This document shows positions 11,501-25,306 of a stretch of 64,000 bases of DNA, piece by piece (position 1 is the first letter of the stretch; the number at the start of each line of letters is the position of its first letter). The notes beneath the pieces were generated by a model. That model was given only the letters and a program-made list of their open reading frames with translations, made no database searches and was not told the origin of the DNA. Origin of the DNA: Azolla caroliniana (Eukaryota; Plantae; Polypodiophyta). The stretch spans positions 7,502,001 to 7,566,000 of the forward strand of contig JBHGNT010000018.1 in the NCBI GenBank assembly GCA_043228905.1. Reading direction: 5' to 3'. A program made the translations under genes and the position numbers.

Positions 11501-14047
11501 TCTTCGTGTGAGTCTACATATGGTGTTAATGCTTGCAAAATATCTACCTCAAATAGAGGGATGATTTTCTGATTATCATTGAAATACTGACTTTCTTCTT
11601 CCTCGTCCAATCCTTCCATCATATTAACTGCTTCTGCATGTACAGGTAAACTCTGTTTGCTTGTTGTCACTTTGTTGTGCGTCGGAATCCTAACCTTAGT
11701 CTTTCCTTTCCTAAATGTTAGCACATTTTGTTTCCAATTTTGTTTGATATTAGCTGTCTTTAACCATGGTCTCCCCAATAACAAGGGGTATGCTCCCTGC
11801 GTTTCTAACTGCAAAATTACTACCGAAATCTGAAAACTGTGTCCCCCGATTATTACATCCAGTTGTCAAAGCAAACCAATCGGTCGTACCGTACTTGTAT
11901 CTGCCATTCGTAACCAAAATGGACATGCTTCCCATTCCATGATTCCTAGTTTTTCACATGTAGCTTTGTTAATCACATTAACTCCCGAGCCTCCATCTAT
12001 AATCACATTTCCGATTTCTTGCCCGTAAAGTATTACCTTAATCGACGGATTCTGTTCATCCATGATCGAAGGGTTATTACTTGGCTGATTGTAGTGTACT
12101 GCTATTTGTTCGGAACCTTTATATGCAATTAATGCTGCCACTTTTTCTGTAAACCTTGGTACTAACTTAAGTAAGCCCGTAAGTGGCAATGACACTTGGC
12201 AATCAGCCAACAGTTTCCAAGTTTCTTCCTGTTCCTTATTCCCCAATGACTGTTGTACAGCGATGTTCTGGTCAATATTATTGTCTTGTAACATTCGATT
12301 CACATTACTTTGATTTGCTTCGTCAACCCATTCTTTTGCCGCCTTCCGAACTTCTTCCTGAATTTCCCACTCTGATTGTTTGCTTTTGCTGCGTGTCGTT
12401 ACTTGCTGAACTTCCGGTATTACCATATTAACTGCTGGACCCTTTCCTTTAACCGGACATTGATTAGCATAATGGCCTAGTTGTCGACAAATATAACAAG
12501 TGGGTACAAATGTTCCACCGGTCTCTCCATGTGCAAATTGGCCGTTACTAAATTGCTGCTCTTCATTACCACTCGGGTTTTGTTGGTATTGACGTGTAGC
12601 TTTTGGTTTGTAAAATCTCTTATTTTTATACCGATTCTGCCTAAATTGTTCGGTATTATCATTTGGCTGTGCTACATTTTGTGTTATCCCGAACTCCTGA
12701 TTTGGCAGAAAATTATTCTGTTGAAACATTTGATTATTTTGTGGAACGGTTTGAGTATTATGTTGAAAGGTCATATTACCCGGTTGAAATGCCGGATTTG
12801 GTTGAAATGCAGAATTCGGTTGCACATTCGGACAGTTCTGTTGAAACCCTTGAAATGGTGGGTTACCTTGTTGGAAACTTTGATTATTTTGTTGAAAATA
12901 TTGATTCGGATTCTGTACGAATGGTGGGTTGGATTGAGCAAATCCTGGTTGAAATGCTTGAGTCACTTGAGTGGGTTGCATATTTTGTTGTGAAAAGATC
13001 TTATTTGGCTGTAGAACCGGATTTTGTTGTACATTTTGCTAATTTTGTGAAAAATTATTATTTTGATAACCATTGAACAGATTAGTGTTATTTTGGTAAC
13101 CATTGTCAGTAAAAATTTGTCGTACTGACGCCGTAGTTTTATTAAGCAGATTATATTCACATTGTTCTACTGAATGTAATTTTGAATGACATATTGTACA
13201 ATGTGTTCTTAACGTACATTCAATTGCCGAATGCCCCGTATTTAAACAAGTGGTGCATTGAACTGCTTGTCGAAATTGTAACTCCTCTATTGTTGGTAAT
13301 GTACGGTGTAATGCCGACATGTCCATACTCTGAACATTGACCGGTGGTCGACCCATTTCTATTGCTTTATCAATTACTTGTTCGATAGTCTGATTTCGAA
13401 AATCGAACACTTTCAATGTCGTCCTTAATGGTTCTTTTACAGCTTCTAGAAAGACTTCTTTTAATTCATTATCCGGAATCGGCCTTGAAATCTGAAGCTG
13501 TAAGTTCTGAAATCGTATCACAAATTGAGATACTGTTTCATTTTTTTCTTGATATAACGCATAAAATTGCGCAATCAAATCCTTCTGCGGAATTTGTTGA
13601 TGAAATAATTGTAAAAATTTACTAGTTAACACTTCAAAGGATGGAAATCCTTGAAGACCGTTCTACGCAAACCAATTGGCGGAATATCCGTCTAATGATA
13701 AGACGAACTCAGCGATTTTTGACTTATCTTCGGCATCTGCCGACAATCGCTGAGCTCCATGGTTAATCTCCCATGTCGTTAAGAAATCCCTAACATGTGC
13801 TTCCGCATCTGTTCCTTCCCGGAACTTAGAATAAGTATAAGGCATATCGTCCCAAATGTCGTAAAAACGATACCTCTTCCGTCTGTTTTTCGTCTGAAGG
13901 TAATTGATCGGATAAGTCAGGAAGTTTCGACCACTTTGTGCTTGATTCCGGCTGTTCTTGCGCAATGAACGCTTCCTGCACTGCCTTCGTAACTGACCTT
14001 GTACGAGGGCGCTTACAACTGACCGGTGTCTCCTCTTCATATGACAT
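8554..14047 (-). pseudogene. gag-pol polyprotein of the inverted-LTR element, with 4 in-frame stops and 1 frameshift
   Basis: Zn knuckles CTTCLNTGHSAIEC and CYICRQLGHYANQC; protease IIDGGSGVN; RT VCVDYRKLN...VFLDDF; RNase H FVDASD...ERNYSTTERE; integrase HHCC, WGLDF, VSDQG, NGLAE, GPY/F-like WTGP. Stops at 13663, 13039, 11866 and 10471 lie in one frame; frameshift near 13865. Confidence 0.92.
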
Positions 14048-15747
14048 CCATTCGATTTGTTCTCTGCTTAATTGCAGATGTAACCGGGCGTGCCAAATTT
14101 CTTCTGTGTTAATCGGCTAATTACTAACTACTACCGATACAGAAGAGTGAACGTCGCTACTCAACGTTCTAACAAGGAATTGTGTTTTACGAACGGAATT
14201 ATACTATATTAATCGGTAATTACCGTGATCGTTACTTAGTTATAAATTAGGAAGCTTGCACTTAACAACATAGACAATAGAAAGAACACAGAATCCGTAC
14301 ATGATATTCCTAACTTAAACTTATATTACTAAATAAACGACCTTTCTTACAATGCCTTCGGTTCCCTTTTATAGGTATACCGAAGGTCTTTTCTCATCAA
14401 GAACTATTCCTACTTACTATCAAGAATTACAAAATTATCTAACTAACTTAGTTCTCTTTGTTCACTGCTGAGTCATTGATCCGAACAGTCGATCCGAACC
14501 GACTCCGTTTTCGACGCTTTCCCACTTGTTCAGTAAAACTGACTGTCCGGGTCCGGGTAACATGGTGCAAATCTAATGTATGGAGAGGAACCTTCAAAAT
14601 CTAGGTTGGGCAACTAGGCCTACTCCATTTGTCAACACTTGGCATACCCCATTAGTGTCAAGGAAATGAGCACCCAACCATTTTTTGTTAAGAGTAAGGA
14701 ATTCCTAACTTAGGCAATTAGTGCAAGAGAGCATTGAAGGACCAAGAGGCAAATGTTACCTCAACCTCGAGAGGAGATGATACATTGATATTGCGACTTA
14801 GTTCACACACATTATGATATGAGACAGTTCTCTGTGCACAAGTGATGAGAGTTTACTATGCAAACATTGCCCAAAACAAGTTCAAGAGTTTGAGTATCAC
14901 ACATTGATACAATGCTCTTCCTTTCATCACATTCGATTATGCTTTCCACACATTGTAAACCAAACTTAAACCCCACACAAATTTCTCAAGCACAATCATA
15001 ATGTGCATTCTTGACTGCAACATGCATTGGTAAAATTCTTGAACATCAAGTCGCTACTCACTTTTACGTGAAATGTAATATTTTTGCTTGTCTAGTGGTG
15101 GTGTTCGAATTTTATCGCCCATCATCCATGTCTCTTTTGTGCCCTTCCGATTTTGGCCTTTTTCTTTTTCCAAAATGGCGTTGGTATGCAGGCCACTTGT
15201 CAAAGACTAATTGATTATGGAACTCTACTTCTTGAGTATGAAAAAAACAACACGTTTTCAAGCCCATATCTCATGAGGTGTATGAAATGCATGTGTGGAT
15301 ATGAAGCTCTCATTAGGCCCAAAAATCCTTGTCAAGCCCATCCTTCCTAAAATCCACACCTAAAATTTGAAAACAGACTTAACACAATGATGGTTTTCTA
15401 TTCTAGAGAGAGTAAACTAAGAAACTTCAAAACCAACGGTTGGCCAAGTTGCCCAATTGAAAAATCTCTCAAATGTGCTCTAAACTAATATTCATGGCAA
15501 GCAATAAGTTGGTGTTTTGCATGAGAATGTTGCTAATGGGTGTCCGCATCCAATTTGTGATGGGGAGAGAATGTTTTGTTGGGATATAGAATTATGGGAA
15601 AAGAGATCTCAAATGTGAGTGGTGGGAAGTAAGTGATCTTCTATTATTTAGTAACCACCAACTTGCTACCTACCATGTTGTTTCACAAGTTGAGTCACTT
15701 CGTATGCCCTTGTTGTGCTTGGGGGTTTCTCAAGGTCATATGCAAAA

Positions 15748-16030
15748 CCAAAAGATGCAATTGAAAAATTAAACATTTTGGAGTAGTCCCTAGGCATGTG
15801 CCCATCCAAGTATTAAGAACCCATACAATATTTTTAGGAGTCCAAAGATGCAATTAAAAAATAAATCTTTTCAAGTAGACCCTAGGCATGTGCCCATCCA
15901 AGTATTAAGAACCCATACAATATTTTTAGGAGTCCAAAGATGCAATTAAAAAATAAATCTTTTCAAGTAGACCCTAGGCATGTGCCTGTCCGCGTACTAG
16001 GAATCGATACAATATTATTAGGAGGCCAAA
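15748..16030. repeat. 92-bp tandem repeat x3
   Basis: Units at ~15748, 15842 and 15934 (ccaaagatgcaattaaaaaat...ccctaggcatgtgcc). Confidence 0.9.
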
Positions 16031-16685
16031 TATGTATTATCTATGGTGAGTATCACCTTGCATTTGTCCCATGTGGGCATTCACTTGTAAGATCCCATAT
16101 ATATATATATATATCTTCTTTCTTGGATGAGATTTTGTCTACAAGGGAAGGCATATCCTTAGATATATGTCCCGTCTATGGTGAGTGTCACCTTCTCCCA
16201 CATGGGCTTTCGCATATGTCCAAATGAACATTCACCAGTGAACTCCCTAATACAATAAAACTTGGTTTTTCGATTGAGATTTAGTGTACGGGGAAGGACA
16301 TATCCTTGGAAATATGCCTCTCTTTGTCCATTCATAGGCTTTGGTGGTTTGCAACACAGCATCAAAGTCATAAATTTGAGAGAAGCCAACTTCAGAATTG
16401 CCAGTGGAGGGCTAGGATTTGTTTCACAGGTCACAATAGGTCTCCCGTGGACGTTAAAAAGATATCTAGCTATCTATCTATCCATCCATCCATCCATCCA
16501 TCTATGTATATCTATCTATCTATCTATCTATTCATTGACCTAGTGTGAAACCAACCTCATGCTTTAGGAGAGTATAAATAGACTTGAACAGAGAGAGAGA
16601 GAGAGAGCGAGAGACTCTCCGAAGCAGAGTTCGTACGAAGGCAAGCCACTGCGGTGCAGGTAAGCCATCTTAAGCCATCTTTTCT

Positions 16686-16722
<37 letters not shown>

Positions 16723-17665
16723 TGAAGGAAAAGAAAAAGGAAAAGATGACATATCCTTAATTGAAGAACAAATACATACCTTTGAATGGAGGATGAAGAT
16801 GATGAAGACTAACAAAGAAGAAGAAGAAGAAGAAAGTCCACCCTTTTGCGTAGAACGAAAAATCCAAGGATGAGAACATGAGTAAAGCTTGAATAGACAT
16901 AGTTTGATGACGAAAAGAATAAAAAGAAGAAGAAGAAAGAGTAGAAAGAGTAGAAAGGAGTAAGAAATCTCTTTCTTGAGAAAGAGTAGAAAGGAGAAAG
17001 AGATTCACGAATTGTTTTTGCTGGAGATAGAGAAGAAGGAGCAAGACAGAAGATGAAGCAATCAAATGCCTTTGAGGGAATGAAATGGAATAAAATCGAA
17101 AGACAATAATCATAGTATGGTCTTTGATGAATGAAACAACCAACATGCTCCTCCTTCACATGGAAAAACTAGAAAAATAAATAATGGATCTTTAATTCTT
17201 GTACTTTTGCTGTTTCTTGTTTGTCTGGTTCTCAAATTTGAAGGATTGTCTAGTGAAAAATGCCTATTCTACCATGTATTGGGTGCCGTGAGGTGGTATA
17301 TTCAACGTCTACATATGCATTAATATACTTGTAGACGTTTTGGTATTCCACAAAGATAAGGGTTTCCACATGTTTGTTTCCATGTTAGAGACTTTACATG
17401 ATAATCTAATACAACATGTCATATTGTTGTTGAGCTACACATAAGATATTTAATGAACATATTGGCTCTTTATGAGAGCTATATTTGATGAATGTGAACA
17501 CCTTCTGGTCATATTAGGATAAAAGCATACCCAATCGAGCATTCCTTTTTGATATTTTTTTAACAAATTCAAAAATTCATTCCCAAGTGTTGATGGTCAT
17601 TTTTTATGACCAAATTTTTATAATCAAATATATCACTTATAGGTAAGAGGTTAAAGAATGGTTGA

Positions 17666-19202
17666 ATGGAGGAAAGGCGGGACAACAAGCTGTATGTTGG
17701 GAACCTAGATCATCGGGTTACAGAGTGAGTATTTTTTGTGATGAAAATATACCAACTTGTGGACTGGTTTAACAATCAAGCCTTTCGAAATTATAGTATT
17801 TATTTGTTCAAGAAATGATTGACATCTGGTATGTGTCGTTATTCTTGTAAAGAAATATTATTGCTATGGGAATAACTCCGAATAGCTTCAAATTCTTCTT
17901 TATTTTCCTACTGCCCTGAGTTTTCATTACTTCCCTAAATACCTACATAAACCCTGGAAGAGAAGAAACGAGGATGAACTGTCCATAAAATTTCTCAGGA
18001 ACACAGGTATAATTGAGGAAACAAGGACAAACGAGCCCTACAGTTTTGCTCAAATAGCACATATCTTACAGGGATTGATTAATGATATTTCGAGAAATAA
18101 ATAAAGCTGGATGCATTTGGGAAATAAGGAAAAGCTCTCACAGTTTTTCAGAGTTTTTCTGATTATTATTCGTGACAATTTTGAGTGAATCTAAAGTAAG
18201 AAAAGGATATTTGTACTGCTGTATCATAATGTGAAAGAGTGGTGGCCAGTCCTTGTAGGTGTAGATCTTAATGTAATCTTGCCCTAAATACTCCATTGAC
18301 ACAGTCTCTGGTATGGAGATTGCTTATTATATTCAAGAGGTATCAAAATGTGAATCTTAACCAATCTTAGCTGAAGTATCAACATCAAATATATGGAATT
18401 AAAATTAGGCCTTTGTATTGGGATCTATATAGTTATAAAAATGGCCTTTTGGTAATGAAATGAACAAATTAAAATGCTCACAAACAAGGAGGTAGAGTGG
18501 TCCTATGAGCAAACATAGCAATCTCAATGCATTTTCATGTGCTTTTTAATCTGATTTAGTTTTATTTGTTATTTCCTGGTGTATTTTTCTCAAGCACATT
18601 TATTTCTCTCTTTATGCCCCTAAATCTCTTCATGCCTTTTCCGCATCATCTATGGAGTTATCTTTTTTGTTTACCTTGCCATGCGTTGTAATGTAGGTAC
18701 TACATCATTAAACTATTTTCACAATTTGGCAAGATTCTTTCCGAAGAATATATGTGGCATACACATGGGCCCAAACGAGGGGAGCCACGTGGTTTTGCTT
18801 TCGTAGAGTTCCATAAAAGAGAGGTTAGAACAACTTACCCTTTGCAATGGACATTGCATTTTCCCTTTTTTTAAGTCACTTCTTCTTCCAAGGTCAGAAC
18901 ATGTCCTTTGCTTTTTGCTCTTTTGAATTTAGGAAGCTGAGAAGGCTAAGCAAAGCATGGATGGTAAGCTTGCATTTGGAAGACCATTAGTAGTTCGTTT
19001 TGTTGATGAGAAGGAATCTGACATCAGGACACCTCATCCTGTAAAAGTTTCATCAGGCAAATCTTTTCCGACTTCACTCCCTTCCCAAACCACAAGAAAT
19101 GCAAAGATCATTGCCATAAAAAACAAACTAAAAGCTATGGAGCAAGAAGATAACCAAGAGAATGAAAGAGTAAAGTCAAAGCGTATGAAGATGGGGGATT
19201 GA
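17666..19202 (+). CDS. RBM18: RBM18-like single-RRM RNA-binding protein, 151 aa, 3 coding exons (17666-17724, 18697-18823, 18933-19202)
   Basis: GT-AG introns give a continuous frame: RNP2 LYVGNLD, WHTHGPKRGEPRGFAFVEF (RNP1), MDGKLAFGRPLVVRF, and C-terminal AKIIAIKNKLKAME resembling the RBM18 tail. Possible 5'UTR intron ~16660-17642. Confidence 0.88.
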
Positions 19203-20276
19203 TATAATGACTCTGGCAATGGGTTGGACTGACATTGGGTTTGATGAGTTTGCATTTTATTAATACTATGATTCTTCACATAAACAAAATTGAACTCAAA
19301 TGCCCTTAACAATTGTAGAATATCAACCAGAAGCTTTCTGAGTGACAAAGTCAGGTAAATCTGTGTCCAATTTCCTCAAGATGTGTAACTAATTTTGCAG
19401 TTTTTGACTCTTATGTATATCTTCAAATATTTTATATACACAATTTAAGTTGTGAATAGTTCAATGCTTATACATCAAATCCATAGGCTTGTCAATCTTG
19501 TTAGAACCTGTAGTAGTATTCTTTCTTAGTGCCCATGTATCATACAAATCTCCCAAATTGAGAGCATTGAACACATACCCATGTTCAATTTGAAAATCAT
19601 TTTCTCATCTACACATTCATTTGATGATGTATTGCAACAAAATAAATAATTATTAGTGACACGATATTTTATCTTAGATTGGTTCAAGAATGTACTAATC
19701 TGTTAACTAAACCTGGTTTATTAAGATTATGTGTATTTGAATAAACCATTCTATTGGCATGATACAATCATTGCATGGTTACTCATTTTCAAAAATTCTG
19801 ATTCATGCTGCTTATGACTCGACCTTACATGCATTTAATTTTTTTAATGACTGTTCTTTTGCACATTTGTGATATGCATATATGTACCTCTCATCTTAGA
19901 GTAATGAAAATGCAAAGACATCTCATGTTTGGTTTCCTAACGTAGCATACTAACCCTATGGGTATGGTATACTTACGTTTGCGTAGATATTCATGCTAAT
20001 TAAAAGGTATGATGTTCAAATATGGAGCTTTCTTATTGAACACCAATACATTTGTTGGTCTCACTCTTTACTTGTACTTATTGTTGCATTTGAAAATTGT
20101 TTAGTTTTCAAAAATATTTCTTTATCTTCTATAACATTTTGATGCAACATGTGTTGAAACAAAATGAGATTTTTTCTCCTTTCATTGTAAGCTTTTAGCA
20201 ACATATTTTAGCAACATAGTGAGTTTTCTTAGATTGATTAGAATTATAGGAATCTGTATTTCAACACCACATCATT

Positions 20277-20655
20277 TGTGTGTACTTAGGTTGTTGAATG
20301 AGAAAGCTCAACATGGGCCGAATCAGCTGAAGAAGCTGGAAGTTGGACTGAAGGAAGGCCGATTGGCTAGGCCAGATTGGCATGCAGCCGGTAGGTTGTT
20401 AGGACCAATACTCCTATTAGTAATAGGAATATTTTTGGAGTCAGTATCAGAGCTTAGTTAATGAGCATTCAAGTACTTGTTAGTATTTGTCAGCCCTCTC
20501 CCAGGGCTTGTATAAAAAGTGCTCTCTAAGCATAATTGTATACACTTGAGTCATTTTGTAATAGAAGTTTTGATTGTTTGCTCACTCGGTCTCTTTCTCT
20601 CCCTTACTCTGTGTATTCCTAACTATCTTTTGTTGTCCGTTGCGGGTTGAGCACA
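20277..20655 (+). mobile_element. Probable solo LTR
   Basis: TGTG...CACA ends, imperfect TSD TCATT/TCATA, TATAAAAA at ~20511 followed by a pyrimidine-rich U5-like tract. Confidence 0.5.
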
Positions 20656-20668
20656 TCATATATGCTCA

Positions 20669-20838
20669 AGAGTGTCTAGCTCCTTTTCTAACTCTACTCC
20701 TCAACCATGCTCTCATGGAAGGTTTTCCATCACAATTGACCATGAACATTGGTCGAGAGTGCCTAGCTCCTTTTCTAACTCTACTCCTCAACCATGCTAT
20801 CATGGAGGGTTTTCCATCACAATTGACTATGAACATTG
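20669..20838. repeat. 87-bp tandem duplication
   Basis: Units start at 20669 and 20756. Confidence 0.9.
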
Positions 20839-21296
20839 TAGACCCTATACCCCATTGACCCAAATAGATATAGGACCATTATAATTTATCATATTCTCAC
20901 CAAACTATACGGTGCATTCATATCCTCCATGTTATTGCATCTTCCCCTTTACAATGTTAAGGTGGAAAAACAAGCTAAATGGGCAAACAAAAAACACCCC
21001 CAAACACGTTTAGCAAGGTAAGAGAATGTCCCTGGTGGTCAAGTAGGAGTTGAAGGAGCTCATTTGGCGATCGTCGCGAGGTTGTCCTCGTAGAGGACAC
21101 TTGGCCTTTGAATGACAATTACTAACGTTGTCCACTTCGATTAGTGTAGGAGCTCATCATGGTTAGCCAAGGTTGTTGCAGTCGTCCATGTCTATTGTTA
21201 AACAACCAAGGGTTGTACCAAAGTAAGGGTGTGTTGGTGGTGGTTGGTTGCGAATCAACCAAGGTCAATTATAGATTGTTGGCTCTTTGCCGCTAA

Positions 21297-21330
<34 letters not shown>

Positions 21331-21482
21331 GGACTTCATTAAGGATAGATAGTTGAAAGTGGAAAAAGAATTATATAGAGACTTAACACCACAAATTTAT
21401 GTGAAGTCTACACATAAGCAAAGGGTAAACTAGAGATCTGCATAATAATAGTAAACTATACGTTTGCATATAAAACAAAATG

Positions 21483-21554
21483 TATCAGAGCGAGGTTTCG
21501 ATCCTCGGACCTGTGGGTTATGGGCCCACCACGCTTCCGCTGCGCCACTCTGAT
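21483..21554 (-). tRNA. tRNA-iMet: Cytosolic initiator tRNA-Met (CAT)
   Basis: ATCAGAGTGGCGCAGCGGAAGCGTGGTGGGCCCATAACCCACAGGTCCGAGGATCGAAACCTCGCTCTGATA: plant iMet sequence with A1-U72 pair and GATCGAAA T-loop; upstream CAA motif and downstream T-runs. Confidence 0.97.
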
Positions 21555-22845
21555 CTTGATTGAAACGAAGCTTATTAGATTTCTATAATTACTGCTATTT
21601 TTCTGTGCATTTTGAAACCCCATTCTCTATACTCTTTTTAAGTCTTGAATCGTGCTTGGTATGCTAAGAAGGGATTCAGGTATCAAACAGAAACAGACCT
21701 TCGACAGAGATATTCTCTGTGATCGTGAAGATTGATCTGATCTGTAGCGTGTGCTACTTACTTGAGGATTTGGAGCTAAAATAGATAGGACATAAAACAT
21801 TGATTGCTTCTCACACTCTCTCTCTCCCTCCATGATCATCTTGACTACTCCAGAGTTTTGTGCCAAGAATTGAACTCCAAACCCCATCATGTTCTTTTTT
21901 CTTTCTTTGGTTGTTGGTAAGAATTGAACCATCTCTTCTTCTTAAGAAAGGTGGGGGACATGCCCTAGCATGCATGGTTTCGAACATGTCATTACATATT
22001 TTACATAGAAAAAATGCATCCACCAAGGTGCTCATTGTAAATTCTTAATCAAGTGAAATTATTCAAAGGAAATAGACTAATTCTTGGGAAGGCAATCTCA
22101 AACATTTACCAACTTTTTGTTTGGGAAAGAAAATATTTCATAAGGCAAGAAGAATGTGAGAACTATGGCAGGGCCAACATCACAACCATACATGTGTATG
22201 ATGTCTTTGAAGATTATCTATAAAGTATGGGTAGGAACTACTACAATATTGATCGTTTGGAGGTTAATAAATGTCATGTTAGTAGTGTCTTAAGTCACTA
22301 AGCCATGAAAACTATTTGCAGACAAATGTCAAGAGATTTCACCATTACCTCTACAAGAAAGGTAGTTATATTACAAGTTCTAACTACATGGTGAGAAAGT
22401 CATGTACAAGAAGAACCTTTTGATTGGTGACGTAACGCGAACCATAACCCATAAGTCATTACAAATGTTTGTTGGGTCCATGAATCACATGGACATTTTC
22501 TTAACTGACACTGTACTTAAGCAATTACAAATTATCCAGCCTAATTTGCTTCTTCTTTTTTGACATGTGTTTGTGAAGTTTTTGTTCTAAACCTACCTGT
22601 AGCCTATATATATTATCTTTGATGAGGTGACCATCGAGACTTTCTACAAGGGATCAAGGGAAGCTCTATATGAAAGTTTCAAATGACCAAACCTTAGGTA
22701 GTTGCGTTAAAATGTCAAGAGGTTATGTATAATCATGTGAGAGGGAACTAAAATGTACGATTGCGAAAGTCTTTTGCATGTGCGAAATATGGAGGATGAC
22801 GTCCATCCATGTCTAGGACACTACATTCAAACACAAGCCATGCTT

Positions 22846-25306
22846 CTACAAGCATGTCACTCGATTTGTCCGCCTACGTCTCCATTTCACCAAATTCCTC
22901 AAGAATTCCAAGACCTGCCATGTTGCATAAGTCAAGATTAAGACACTAACCGTAATAGTTTTCTTTTTCTTTTTTTTGGGCAATTTCACAGTGGCTACTT
23001 TTTTGAAAATTTGAAGTACCTCTGTCGGATCACGAAGTGAACACATAGCATTGGTTTCTTTTGCTGTATTCGAGACCAATATACCAAGGCCACGATTGCT
23101 CCTGGTAATGACCTATATATATATATATATATATAATATGATGCAATAAACATTAGATTTTGGTTTTGGAATGGGAGTCTTTAATCACATATTTAGCCTC
23201 TACAAAACCTTGAATGCATCTTCGTCCGTTCGATCATCCCCAATATAGATCGGAAAGACATCACTTCGGTTTCCGAGTCCTTAAAAAAGGTAAGCAAGAA
23301 CACATTTTTTTAAGGTAAATTTTTTGAGGAATGAACTGCTAATCATCCTGAGAAGATATTAGGCATTTGTAATATTTGCTTACCAAGAGCTCGAAGCAAG
23401 TAATCGAGAGCCTTTCCTTTGTTCCATGCAATCGATGGACGAACTTCCAATATCTACTAAGCACAAAACACAGATATTGTCATTTGATCCATTTGCAAGT
23501 GAATTTTGACAGATTAAATTTCCTCACAGAAACATCCAAGCTCTCTTCGATCCTACCTTTCGTCCCTGTGTTAGTCGTAGATTTGGATATGAGTTCAACA
23601 CGTGTTGGACTTGTTCTGCCAGTGCAAGCCAATTCTGTTGGAAACAACAGGAAACATCTCATTAGAGCATTATATATAATACAAAATTCCCTCTACCCGA
23701 AACAATATTAGGCCCATTCTCATGAATACAAAGATGGTTTTGTCAGGAATGGATGTCTTTTGGAAGGTAAATCGATTTGTTTAGAGTGTTAATAAACACG
23801 GTTAAAGATGTAATGGAGGTTTCTTTACCTCTTCTTTAACGCATCGGAAATGGACGCTTATACAAAACTTGTTATGCTCAACATTTGCTCCAGGTATTTG
23901 TCGAGCACCCTCGTTCAGTAAGTTGAAAACCTATATACAGCAACAATGTGACACCAAGGGTTAATATGTTGTGTGAATGAAATAACAAGATCAAAATGAT
24001 TGTCACAAGCCAAAGATGGGGCGTTTCCTACTTATAATGCATTAGACTTTGACAACAAAAAATTGTTAGTAAAATTACCTCGTCCATTATTGATGTGAAC
24101 TCACTAGCTGGTTGGAACAAGACCATTTCATTTCCCTATAGATTCACAACCATTGAATCACTCATTCACTCATTCATTTATTCATTCAGTCAATCAATGG
24201 TTAATCATTAGTAGTACCTTCTTATCCTTAGCTTTAGTACCATGTGCTTTGAAACCATTACAACTCTCGGCTGGACCCATAATGTCCATGCCATGACTCC
24301 CGGCATAATAGAGCTCTGGCAATTGAACAAAATCATAGACCTATGGATACACATATATTTGAATCCGTTAGTCTCAGTTCTGATTGTATAAGACAACTTA
24401 CTAGATAATACTAGCCTAAAATCCAAATATAAAGGTATATATATTGAAATTTTTGATAAATAATGTATTGATCATTATTACCATTACCTTTTCTCTACTT
24501 CTCCCTGTAATGATAGATGTTGGGAATAGTGTCGCTGCATCCTTCACCATGGCTCGCATCTGTTTTTGAATAAATCAGTAACCAAAAACACATGATTGTT
24601 AACTTAATTAACAGAAATATATATATATATATATAAATCAAGGAATCATGGTTCATTTCTCAAACATATAACATATGTATGATGGTATCCTTTTCTTCAT
24701 GATGTATACAAAACAAAAGAACAAATGGAAAAGAAAGGACACCTCAGCTGACATAAACGCTCGTTCAGGATCTTTGACAATGGGAGACAGAGTCCCATCA
24801 TAGTCTAAGAAGATGGCAATTTTTTTCCCTGCAGCAGCATTAATGATTTCGTCGAACTTGTCAAGAGCCGATGGATATTTTAACTACAAAAGAAAGATAA
24901 AGCAGAATTATTAAGAGCTGAAACTTGATGAGACCATGAGAAAAGAAAAAACAACTAGTGTTTCTTATTTGTATCAAAATCACAGGATAAGTGACAGACA
25001 GACAGATAAGAAACCAACCATCCATGCTCTGTATTCTATCTCGGCGGCATCACTATCAGATTTGTCAAGGGGTTCGGCTTTCCTATCATGTCTCATCATT
25101 CTGGGAGGGGACAAATCCCTCATGGCCTTAAGCCAATCATGAGCAATATTATTGTAACCATTCTCACTACTATTCCATGATGAGCTCACATTAGTGGTAG
25201 TATAAGTACCGCCAATGTGTGTGCATCGGATCATCGACACGGCAGCAGCAACTATGGGAATCTCTGTAATGTTTGAGCTAGGTTTTGGAGGTTGTACGAG
25301 GGCCAT
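22846..25306 (-). CDS. TPP: Trehalose-6-phosphate phosphatase (HAD family), ~387 aa, 11 coding exons
   Basis: Exons 25306-25019, 24883-24743, 24559-24488, 24340-24218, 24135-24079, 23930-23829, 23634-23557, 23453-23384, 23279-23209, 23112-23020, 22914-22846; all GT-AG and frame-consistent. Motifs [46 protein letters not shown]. The N-terminal start is less certain. Confidence 0.95.

Larger units (their letters stand above)
7212..14562 (-). mobile_element. Ty3/Gypsy non-chromovirus retrotransposon with inverted LTR termini and an extra 3' ORF
   Basis: TSD TGGTG at 7207-7211 and 14563-14567; full 5' LTR ~14107-14562; PBS TGGCACGCCCGGT (probably tRNA-Arg) at 14083-14095; gag-PR-RT-RH-INT order; 7212-7557 is the reverse complement of 14217-14562. 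Confidence 0.92.

Noticed and set aside
7212-14562. DIRS element or DNA transposon as explanation for the inverted termini
   Set aside because: It encodes a DDE integrase and protease, has a tRNA PBS and a 5-bp TSD; no tyrosine recombinase or transposase is present.
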